A stretch of DNA of 64,000 nucleotides from an uncultured Alphaproteobacteria bacterium (lineage in GTDB: Bacteria > Pseudomonadota > Alphaproteobacteria > Rhizobiales > Xanthobacteraceae): NCBI GenBank assembly GCA_963831225.1, contig CAWHPT010000013.1, forward strand, positions 12,916-76,915. The letters run 5' to 3'. Position 1 is the first letter of the stretch; each line of letters begins with the position of its first letter. A program made the translations under genes and the position numbers. Of this stretch, positions 55,942 through 64,000 are shown piece after piece. The notes under the pieces were generated by a model, which saw only the letters and a list, made by a program, of their open reading frames with translations, searched no databases and was not told the origin of the DNA.

Positions 55942-56619
55942 ATGTCCGAGGGCGTCAATACGTCCCCGAAGCAATCAGATATCGGTACGCCCCCGAAGCA
56001 ATCAGATATTGGGTTCCTATCCCGAAACGCGAGTAATTTGAGGGGCGGACTGCTGGTCGCCCTTTTGTCTCTCGGGCTTTTTGTTGGCACCTTCTACATC
56101 ATCAGCCCGACAGTTCCGCGGATCATCTCAGGTGCCTTGATTCTGGTTGGGGTAGCGGTGGCGGCGCGCCTCGTGCGGGTGCGCGCTCCGCAGGACTTCT
56201 ATGGCGGGCTGGTCCTCATCATGGTGGCATGCCTGGCCTTGGTAGCCTCCGCTGAGTTGCCCGGGCAACGCGGCTTTGCCTTCGGTCCCGGGACTGCCCC
56301 CCGGCTGTTTGCAGGTCTTCTGGTTGCGCTCGGCACCGCGGTGGCATTCACCGGCCTCATTGCCGAAGGACCCCGCATCGAAAAATACAACATCCGCGGG
56401 CCGGTCCTGGTGATCGGCGCGATTCTCGGCTTCTCTGCAATGATCCGTCCGCTCGGCCTCATCATCGCGAGCTACGTGACTTTCGTTGTCGCGATCCTGG
56501 GATCCAAGGAAGTACGCATAGTGGAAGCCTTGATCGGCGCCGCGGTAATGACCGCTTTTTGCGTCCTGCTGTTCGTCTACTTGCTCAATCTGCCGTTCCA
56601 ACTCTGGCCGCGGTTTTGA
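55942..56619 (+). CDS. tctB: Tripartite tricarboxylate transporter small membrane subunit TctB, 225 aa
   Basis: ATG 55942 in ORF 55792..56619. Four predicted TM segments, directly upstream of tctA. The N-terminus carries a duplicated PKQSDIG motif. Confidence 0.75.
   Translation: MSEGVNTSPKQSDIGTPPKQSDIGFLSRNASNLRGGLLVALLSLGLFVGTFYIISPTVPRIISGALILVGVAVAARLVRVRAPQDFYGGLVLIMVACLALVASAELPGQRGFAFGPGTAPRLFAGLLVALGTAVAFTGLIAEGPRIEKYNIRGPVLVIGAILGFSAMIRPLGLIIASYVTFVVAILGSKEVRIVEALIGAAVMTAFCVLLFVYLLNLPFQLWPRF
55964..56009 (+). repeat. Tandem duplication, 27-nt period, 19-nt perfect core CCCCGAAGCAATCAGATAT x2
   Basis: The core occurs at 55964-55982 and 55991-56009, encoding PKQSDIGTP / PKQSDIGFL in tctB. 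Confidence 0.9.
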
Positions 56620-56636
56620 TGCGGGAGGTGTAAGTC

Positions 56637-58142
56637 ATGTCTGACCTACTCGCGAACCTTGCGCTGGGTTTTGGGGTCGCGGCGCAGCCTTGGAACATCG
56701 CGTTCTGTTTGCTCGGCGCACTGGTCGGCACCCTTGTCGGAGTGCTCCCGGGCATCGGCACGGTCGCCACCATTGCCATGCTGCTGCCGATCACCTTCGG
56801 GCTGCCGCCGGTCGGAGCCTTGATCATGCTCGCCGGCATCTATTACGGCGCGCAATATGGCGGCTCGACCACCTCGATCCTGGTCAATATTCCGGGTGAG
56901 GCGACCTCCGTGGTTACCGCACTCGACGGCCACCAGATGGCCCGGCAGGGACGGGCTGGGGCGGCGCTGTCGATCGCGGCCATCGCGTCATTTTTTGCGG
57001 GCTGCGTGGCGACCGTGCTGGTCGCCGCGCTCGGCGCCCCCCTGACGAGCATGGCGCTGCTGTTCGGACCAGCCGAATATTTTTCACTTATGACTCTGGG
57101 TTTGATCTTCGCGGTGGTCCTGGCCAAGGGCTCCGTGCTCAAGGCGATTGCGGTCATCGTTCTGGGACTGCTCCTGTCGATGGTCGGCTCCGACCTCGAG
57201 ACCGGCGCGGGACGAATGACTTTCGACCTGCCGGAGCTCGCCGACGGCATCGGCTTTGCCAATATCGCGATGGGGGTCTTTGGATTCGCCGAGATCGTTC
57301 GCAACCTCGAGTTGCCGCCAGAGAGCCGAGATGTCCTCAATGCCAAGGTCAGCGGCCTGATGCCGACGCGCAAGGATCTCATCGATTCCTCCAGCGCCAT
57401 CGCCCGCGGCACGGTGGTTGGATCGCTGTTGGGCATCCTGCCGGGTGGCGGCGCGGTGATCGCGTCTTTCGCGGCCTACACTTTCGAGAAAAGGATGAAC
57501 AAGTCACCGGAGCGCTTCGGCCGCGGCGCTATCGAAGGGGTGGCCGCCCCCGAAAGCGCCAATAATGCCGCCGCGCAGACCTCGTTCATCCCGCTGCTCA
57601 CGCTCGGCATCCCTCCTAACGCGGTGATGGCGCTGATGGTGGGTGCCATGACCATCCACGGCATCGTGCCGGGTCCGCAGGTCATGACCAAGCAACCAGA
57701 CCTGTTCTGGGGCATGATTGCTTCGATGTGGCTCGGCAATTTGATGCTCGTCGTCATCAATCTGCCGCTGGTGGGAGTGTGGGTCACCCTGCTGCGAGTG
57801 CCTTACCGGCTGCTGTTTCCCTCCATCATCGTGTTCTGCTGCATCGGCGTCTATTCCATCAACAACTCGCCGTTCGACGTCCAGATCGCAGCGGCCTTCG
57901 GCCTGATCGGCTATTGGCTGCTCAAGCACGATTTCGAGCCGGCGCCCATGCTGCTCGGGTTCGTGCTCGGACCGCTGATGGAGGAGAACCTCCGCCGCGC
58001 CATGCTGATCGCCCGCGGCGATGCGACGGTGTTCTTCACTCGGCCGATCTCGGCGGTGTTGCTGAGCATCGCAATCATTCTGCTCGTCATCGCCGCAATG
58101 CCGAAGATTCGCCGCCGCCGCGACGAAGTGTTCGTGGAATAG
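56637..58142 (+). CDS. tctA: Tripartite tricarboxylate transporter permease TctA (intact, 501 aa)
   Basis: ORF 56637..58142 follows GGGAGG: GVLPGIGTVATIAMLLP, YYGAQYGGSTTSILVNIPGE, LGILPGGGAVIASF, PESANNAAAQTSFIPLLTLGIP. Confidence 0.9.
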   Translation: MSDLLANLALGFGVAAQPWNIAFCLLGALVGTLVGVLPGIGTVATIAMLLPITFGLPPVGALIMLAGIYYGAQYGGSTTSILVNIPGEATSVVTALDGHQMARQGRAGAALSIAAIASFFAGCVATVLVAALGAPLTSMALLFGPAEYFSLMTLGLIFAVVLAKGSVLKAIAVIVLGLLLSMVGSDLETGAGRMTFDLPELADGIGFANIAMGVFGFAEIVRNLELPPESRDVLNAKVSGLMPTRKDLIDSSSAIARGTVVGSLLGILPGGGAVIASFAAYTFEKRMNKSPERFGRGAIEGVAAPESANNAAAQTSFIPLLTLGIPPNAVMALMVGAMTIHGIVPGPQVMTKQPDLFWGMIASMWLGNLMLVVINLPLVGVWVTLLRVPYRLLFPSIIVFCCIGVYSINNSPFDVQIAAAFGLIGYWLLKHDFEPAPMLLGFVLGPLMEENLRRAMLIARGDATVFFTRPISAVLLSIAIILLVIAAMPKIRRRRDEVFVE

Positions 58143-58377
58143 GGGCTTGGCTGCGTCGCGGGCCCTGTATTCGCCGCAGCGCAGGTAGCAAGGCTGCGGC
58201 GCGCTGCGAGGCGGAGTCGTCAGCAGATTTTTATGGCCCGCAGCCGCTTGCTTGCAACCGGTTTACTGCTCCGGGCAAGAGCGCTCATGCCGACTGCAGC
58301 GATAACAGTCTGTTGAGAAGTGTTGACTGGACCCAGCGGACGAAGGCGTCACAAGATGGGGCGAGCTTCCTGGGAGG

Positions 58378-58850
58378 ATGCCTTGGCGCGGTCTGTTGCG
58401 ATCGTTGAAGTTGTCGTAATGGCGGCTTGGGCCAGCTTGGCTTTGGCCATGCCGCCATCGCCCGCGCGCCGGAAGTCTATACCGGCCTGCTGTCCTCCAC
58501 CGCGCTCGGCGGCTACGATCCGGTCGCCTATTTCACCGAAGGCAAGCCGGTGGCGGGCAAGCCGCGACATCACTTTCATCTGGAAGGACGTGACTTGGCG
58601 GTTCGCCACCGAAAAGAATCGCGAGCTTTTCAAGGAAAAGCCCGAGGCCTACGCGCCCCAATATGGTGGCTATTGCGCGTGGGCGGTGTCGCGCGGTTAC
58701 ACCGCCAAGGGCGATCCGAGATATTGGAAGGTCGTCGATGGCAAGCTCTACCTGAACTATGACGCCGGCGTTCAGAAGGATTGGGAGAAGGATATCCCCG
58801 GCAACATCGGCAAGGGCGACAAGAACTGGCCGAAGGTGCTCGACAAATAG
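58378..58850 (+). pseudogene. YHS-domain periplasmic protein, about 3 frameshifts in the first half
   Basis: ATG 58378 follows GGGAGG. LGGYDPVAYFTEGKPVAGKP is in ORF 58427; ITFIWKDVTWRFATEKNRELFKEKPEAYAPQYGGYCAWAVSRGY...YWKVVDGKLYLNY is in ORF 58320..58850. Confidence 0.75.
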
Positions 58851-58954
58851 ATCGCGGCCGGAGGCGCTTCCTCCGGCGGCCAATTTCACTGGACGAACGG
58901 CAAGCTGGGTTAGACTGCGCTCCCGAGTCGCTCATCGCCGCGGAGGCCCTGTCG

Positions 58955-59750
58955 ATGCGCCAGTACCTCGATCTGATGGAACGGATCCTCGCCGAAGGCG
59001 TGGAGAAGCAGCGATCGCACCGGCACCGGCACGCTCTCGGTCTTCGGCCACCAGATGCGCTTCGACCTCGGCGAGGGCTTTCCACTCACGACCACCAAGA
59101 AGCTGCACCTGAAATCGATCATCCATGAGCTGCTCTGGTTCCTGGCCGGCGACACCAACGTCGAATATCTGAACCAGCACGGGGTCACGATCTGGGACGA
59201 GTGGGCCGACGCCGCCGGCGAGCTCGGACCGGTCTACGGCCGGCAATGGCGCTCGTGGCCGACGCCCGGCGGCGGCACCATCGATCAGATCGCAAATGTC
59301 GTTTCCGCCATCCGCCGCAATCCGGATTCGCGCCGCCTCATCGTCACCGCCTGGAATCCGGCGGATGTCGACAAAATGGCGCTGCCGCCGTGCCATTGCC
59401 TGTTCCAGTTCTATGTCGCCAAGGGGCGGCTCTCCTGCCAGCTCTATCAGCGCTCAGCCGATGTCTTTCTCGGCGTGCCCTTCAACATCGCTTCCTATGC
59501 GTTGCTGACGGCGATGGTGGCGCAGGTGACCGGCCTCACAGCCGGCGAGTTCGTGCACACGCTCGGCGACGCCCACCTTTACCTCAATCATCTCGAGCAG
59601 GCGCGACTGCAGCTTCGCCGGTTGCCGCGTCGAATGCCCACAATGGTGCTCGATCCCGCGGTGACCGATCTTTTCGTCTTCCGCCACGAGCATTTCTCAC
59701 TCGAAGGCTACGACCCGCACCCGCACATCAAGGCCGAGGTGGCGGTCTAA
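58955..59750 (+). pseudogene. thyA: Thymidylate synthase ThyA, one frameshift near 59005-59015
   Basis: [18 protein letters not shown] (ATG 58955, ORF 58781 frame), then ...[19 protein letters not shown] and [11 protein letters not shown] (catalytic Cys), [18 protein letters not shown] in ORF 59055..59750. Confidence 0.9.
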
Positions 59751-60038
59751 CCATGACCCCTTTACCGCGAGATACTCTGCAGCAATTGGCCCTCGCAAAA
59801 GTTGACGATGCTCGAGAGATGGCGCGCGCACTGGATGCCAAAGGCGATCTGCGCAAGCGCCTTGACCTCGCAAGGGTGAGTTGGTCCCTCCGTCCGACCG
59901 GATGTTAGGGGCGATTGGTAGAGCGGTACGAGTAGATGGGCTCAGCACCGTTAGATTCAGCCGGAATGTCGTCAATGGCATGTATATTGACGATGCCCTG
60001 ATATACCGTTTGGCCGCGTAACCCATTGCGATCGTCAG

Positions 60039-60554
60039 ATGTCACGGCTGGATTTGCAGATCGCGCTCGTCCACGTTGCAGCGGTGGCGGAGAATGGCGT
60101 CATCGGGCAGCTCGGCAAGCTGCCGTGGCGGCTCAAATCCGAAATGGCGCATTTCCGCAGCATCACCATGGGCAAGCCGGTGATCATGGGGCGCAAGACA
60201 TACCTGTCCATCGGCAAGCCGCTTGCTGGCCGTACCAACATCGTGGTGAGCCGTGCAAAGTGCTTCGCCGCTCCCGGCGTGCTGGTGGCGCCCAGCATCC
60301 AGGCTGCGCTGATCGCCGCGCGGGGCGATGCGTTGCGGCGCGGCGCCCGCGAGATCGCCATCATCGGCGGCGCCGAGATCTACGCAGAGACGATGGCCGT
60401 CGCGGACCGCCTGATCATCACGCGGGTGCACCTGCGGCCGGAGGGCGACACGAGATTTCCTGCGATCGAACCTGACATCTGGCGGGAAATGAAGCGAACC
60501 GAGCACTGCGCGGGCCCCGATGACGAAGCGAGCTTCACGGTGCTCGATTTATGA
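60039..60554 (+). CDS. folA: Dihydrofolate reductase FolA (intact, 171 aa)
   Basis: ORF 60039..60554: VAAVAENGVIGQLGKLPWRLKSEMAHFRSITMGKPVIMGRKTYLSIGKPLAGRTNIVVS...IIGGAEIY. Confidence 0.9.
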   Translation: MSRLDLQIALVHVAAVAENGVIGQLGKLPWRLKSEMAHFRSITMGKPVIMGRKTYLSIGKPLAGRTNIVVSRAKCFAAPGVLVAPSIQAALIAARGDALRRGAREIAIIGGAEIYAETMAVADRLIITRVHLRPEGDTRFPAIEPDIWREMKRTEHCAGPDDEASFTVLDL

Positions 60555-60728
60555 GCGACGTGCCGCCCAGCTCAGCGGGTCTGGAATGAATTGCGCGTAT
60601 TTCAAGGCCATGCGTTCCCACGCCGCACGCGCTCCAGCCGCGTTGTAACGCGGTGACTCCTCCCCTATAACCGCATCAACCGAACAACGCGCCGCGGCAC
60701 GTGCGCCGGCGCAGCGAGGAGATAGCCG

Positions 60729-61870
60729 ATGCCGTGGAGCAATCAGGGCGGCGGGCCTTGGGGATCAGGAGGCGGCGGCGGAGGAGGCGGCAAGGGCCCC
60801 TGGGGCTCCGGGCCGCAACAGTCGGGGCCGACGCCGCCCGATCCTCGAGGAGTTTCTGCGCCGCAGCCAGGACAAGCTGCGCACCGTGCTTCCCGGCGGA
60901 AATCTCGGCGGTAAGGGGCTCAGCCTGATCGTGCTTGCCGCAGTTGCCATCTGGGGATTTTCCGGCTTCTTCCGGGTCGATCCCGACGAGCTCGGCGTGG
61001 TGCTGCGGTTCGGCAAATATGTGCGCGACGCCAAGCCCGGCCTCAATTATCATCTGCCCTATCCGATCGAGACGGTGCTCACTCCCAAGGTTACCCGGGT
61101 CAACCGCATCGACATCGGCATGCGTCTCGTCGAAGATCTGCGCCGCGGCACCACCATCCGCGATGTGCCGGAGGAGAGCTTGATGCTCACCGGTGACGAG
61201 AACATCGTCGACGTCGATTTCTCGGTGTTCTGGCTGATCAAGCCCGACGGCGCCGGCGATTATCTGTTCAATATCCAGCAGCCGGAAGGCACGGTAAAGG
61301 CAGTTGCCGAAAGCGCGATGCGCGAGATCGTCGGCCGCTCCAACATTCAGCCGATCCTCACCGGCGCGCGGCAGAATATCGAGACCGGCGTCCAGGAACT
61401 GATGCAGATCCACGCTCGACCAGTACGGTGCAGGAATTCAAGTGACCCAGGTGCAACTGCAGAAGGTCGACCCGCCGTCGCAGGTGATCGATTCGTTCCG
61501 CGATGTTCAGGCCGCCCGCGCCGACCTCGAACGCTCGCAGAACGAAGCGCAGACTTATGCCAATCAGGGTGGTCCCGGAGGCGCGCGGCCGCGCCTCGCA
61601 AATCATCCAGAACGCCGAAGCTTATCGCGAGCAGGCCGTGGCCGAAGCCACCGGTGGCACAGTCGCGCTTCATCAAGGTGTTGGATGAATACAAGAAAGC
61701 CCCCGACGTGACGCGCCAGCGCATGTATCTGGAGACCATGGAACGGCTGTTCGGTGGAACTGACAAGATCATCATGGATTCCGGAGCCACGGGCGGAGTC
61801 GTGCCCTATCTGCCGCTCGATCAGTTGACAAGGCGGCCGCCGGCGCCGCAGACGGGAGGCCCCGCGATGA
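60729..61870 (+). pseudogene. hflK: FtsH modulator HflK (SPFH/band-7), about 4 frameshifts
   Basis: ATG 60729 follows GAGGAGA. Gly-rich N-terminus MPWSNQGGGPWGSGGGGGGGG. The SPFH core is in ORFs 60886, 61442 and 61503 (VVLRFGKYVRDAKPGLNYHLPYPIE, QVQLQKVDPPSQVIDSFRDVQAARAD). The likely stop, TGA 61868-61870, overlaps the hflC ATG. Confidence 0.85.
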
Positions 61871-62823
61871 GACTCAATCTTTTCGGCGGCATCATCGCCG
61901 CCCTCATCGTCGCGGCGCTGATCGTCGCCTATGGCGCGATGTTCACGGTCTATCAAACTCGGCAGGCGCTCGTGGTCCGGCTCGGCCAGCCGGTGCGAGT
62001 GGTCACCCAGCCCGGGATTGCATTTCAAAGTTCCGCTGATCGACAGCGTCATCCATATCGACAAGCGCATCCTCGACCTCGAGAACCCGGCGCAAGAAGT
62101 GATTGCCTCGGACCAGAAGCGGCTCGTGGTCGATGCCTTTCGCCCGCTATCGCATCAGGGATGCGTTGAGATTCTACCAATCGGTCGGCACCGTGGAAGG
62201 GGCCAATTCACGGCTTTCCACCCTGCTCAATTCGGCGCTGCGGCGGGTGCTCGGCGAGTCGACACTGACGCAGGTCGTGCGCGATCAGCGTGAGCAGCTG
62301 ATGGCGCGTGTGCGCGATCAACTCGACAACGAGGCGCAGGCATTCGGAATCTCCATCGTCGATGTGCGCATCCGTCGGGCCGATCTGCCCGAGCAAAACA
62401 GCCAGGCGGTCTATGAACGCATGAAAACCGAGCGTCAGCGGGAGGCACAGGAATTCCGCTCGCAAGGCCTCCAGCGCGCGCAGGAAATCCGAGCGAAGGC
62501 CGATCGCGACGTCACCATTCTTCTGGCCGAAGCGCAGTCGAAAGGCGAACAGACGCGCGGCGAGGGCGATGGTGAGCGCAACCGGATCTACGCCGAGGCC
62601 TATAGCCGGGATCCTGATTTCTTCTCGTTCTATCGGTCGATGCAGGCCTACGAAGCCGGGATGAAGCGCCAACGACACCCGCATGCTGCTCACGCCGGAT
62701 TTGGATTTTTTCCGCTATTTCGTCGATCCCTCGGGCAAGATGCGCGAAGGAGCGGCAAGCGCGGGCAGGAATCGCAATGGAGCCGCTACCTCCGGTACCA
62801 CGGCGGAACCTGCTCCAAGGTAG
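61867..62823 (+). pseudogene. hflC: FtsH modulator HflC (SPFH/band-7), about 3 frameshifts
   Basis: MRLNLFGGIIAALIVAALIV (ATG 61867), LHFKVPLIDSV (ORF 61931), ARYRIRDALRFYQSVG...IVDVRIRRADLPEQNSQAVYERMKTERQREA (ORF 62103). The tail ...DTRMLLTPDLDFFRYF... ends at TAG 62821-62823. Confidence 0.85.
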
Positions 62824-62858
62824 CAGCGTTGTTTGCCGGACGGCACCGGTTAGGCAAC

Positions 62859-63045
62859 ATGGCCCAGTTCGTCGTTGCGATCGGACTCGTGCTGGTGATC
62901 GAAGGACTGCTGTTTGCGGCTTTTCCCGGCGCCGCCAAGCGGCTTGGCCGCGACCGCGCTCGAAAGTCCGGAAACATCGCTTCGGGTTGCAGGAATCGTG
63001 TCTGCTGTGCTGGGAACAGTCCTTATCTGGATCGTGCGCGGATGA
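62859..63045 (+). pseudogene. DUF2065 small membrane protein, one frameshift
   Basis: MAQFVVAIGLVLVIEGLLFAAFPGAAKRL (ATG 62859), then ...LRVAGIVSAVLGTVLIWIVRG* in the +1 frame (stop 63043-63045). It has the usual position after hflC. Confidence 0.7.
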
Positions 63046-63189
63046 ACACGAATGCTGCCGGCGGGACTGCGCTGGTCCCGATTCCGCCCCAATCCGGAGC
63101 GTACTTTGGCCGATTCGAGACCGCCCCTTGCGTCCATTCCCGCACGGGAGCACTGTCTCGCCCTCTCGACCGCAGGAGCTTAGACGACC

Positions 63190-64000
63190 ATGCTCGGCAC
63201 CGTCGCAAACTTCGCCCGGCGGATCCGCCGGCCTACCCTGGCCGCGGTTGCAGCGGCCGCGATGATCTTGCCGACGCTCCCGTCCGCGTCGGTCGCGCGC
63301 GGACCGGATGCGATCTCCGAAGTCGCCGAGAAGGTGATCGACGCGGTGGTCAACATCTCCACTTCGCAAAAGGTGGAGTTGCGCAATACCCCGATGCCGC
63401 AACTGCCCAACGATCCGCAGCTGGACGAGCTGTTCCGGGACTTTTTCAATCGGCGCGGGCAGCAGGGCGACAATCAGAATCCTCAGCGTGGGCCGCGACG
63501 CGTCAGTTCGCTCGGCTCCGGCTTCATAATCGATGCTTCGGGCATCGTCGTTACCAACAATCACGTCATCTCGGAAGCCGATGAGATTACTGTCATCCTC
63601 AACGACGGTGCGCGCCTGAAAGCCGAGTTGATCGGCAAGGATCAGAAGACCGATATCGCGCTTCTCAGGGTGAAGAGCGACAAGCCGCTCAAGGCCGTGA
63701 AGTTCGGCGATTCGGAAAGACTGCGGCTCGGCGAATGGGTGATCGCCATCGGCAATCCGTTCAGCCTCGGCGGTACCGTGACCGCGGGCATCGTTTCAGC
63801 GCGCAACCGCGACATCAATTCGGGGCCATACGACAATTATATCCAGACCGATGCCTCGATCAACCGCGGCAATTCGGGAGGGCCTCTGTTCAACCTCGAC
63901 GGTGAAGTGATCGGCGTCAACACCGCGATCATCTCTCCTTCCGGCGGTTCGATCGGGATCGGCTTTGCAGTCCCGTCGAAGACGGCGCTGCCCGTGATCG
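63190..64000 (+). CDS. DegP/DegQ/HtrA-family periplasmic serine protease, 5' part (runs off the window)
   Basis: My own translation from ATG 63190 gives a signal peptide, VVTNNHV (His), KTDIALLRV (Asp) and TDASINRGNSGGPLFN (Ser). The frame stays open to 64000. This ORF is not in the supplied track because it has no stop. Confidence 0.85.
   Translation, partial: MLGTVANFARRIRRPTLAAVAAAAMILPTLPSASVARGPDAISEVAEKVIDAVVNISTSQKVELRNTPMPQLPNDPQLDELFRDFFNRRGQQGDNQNPQRGPRRVSSLGSGFIIDASGIVVTNNHVISEADEITVILNDGARLKAELIGKDQKTDIALLRVKSDKPLKAVKFGDSERLRLGEWVIAIGNPFSLGGTVTAGIVSARNRDINSGPYDNYIQTDASINRGNSGGPLFNLDGEVIGVNTAIISPSGGSIGIGFAVPSKTALPVI

Overview
High-GC alphaproteobacterial chromosome segment. Gene order and the tmRNA tag ANDNYAPVAQAA suggest a Nitrobacteraceae/Bradyrhizobiaceae-type organism; this is inferred, no search was run. 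Layout: (1) 1-19 kb holds the dcw division/cell-wall cluster murD-ftsW-murG-murC-[ParE-type TA pair]-murB-[FAD monooxygenase]-ddl-ftsQ-ftsA-ftsZ, then lpxC-bamD-recN-ligA. (2) 19-25.7 kb holds an MFS transporter, aminopeptidase P, prmA, a second MFS and a C-N hydrolase. (3) 25.7-34 kb holds a PEP-mutase/isocitrate-lyase-family gene, four orphan Bug/TctC binding proteins and an orphan ABC binding protein. This block is interrupted at 30.2-32.1 kb by a lower-GC stretch with three tiny minus-strand genes. (4) 34-45.7 kb holds a ParB-N-domain miniprotein, a PHA-system protein, an EamA transporter, an orphan ParA, DUF29, uvrD, a thioesterase, ycjX-ycjF, an ECF sigma factor, a collagen-like (GXY) lipoprotein and creA. 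(5) 45.8-64 kb holds D-lactate dehydrogenase, a large asmA-family gene, a DUF4169/RHH pair, fumC, sspB, a two-piece permuted tmRNA (ssrA), a split chrA pair, tctBA, a YHS protein, thyA, folA, hflKC, DUF2065 and the start of a DegP-like protease. No rRNA or tRNA gene, CRISPR array, transposase or integrase was seen. The dominant caveat is that roughly half the genes, including indispensable ones (ftsW, murG, ddl, ftsQ, ftsA, lpxC, ligA, thyA), are readable only by hopping between frames. Frameshift-free stretches of several kb lie in between. I read this as indel error in the sequence rather than biology. Those genes are typed pseudogene because that is what the sequence shows. All family assignments come from motif recognition by eye, without searches.
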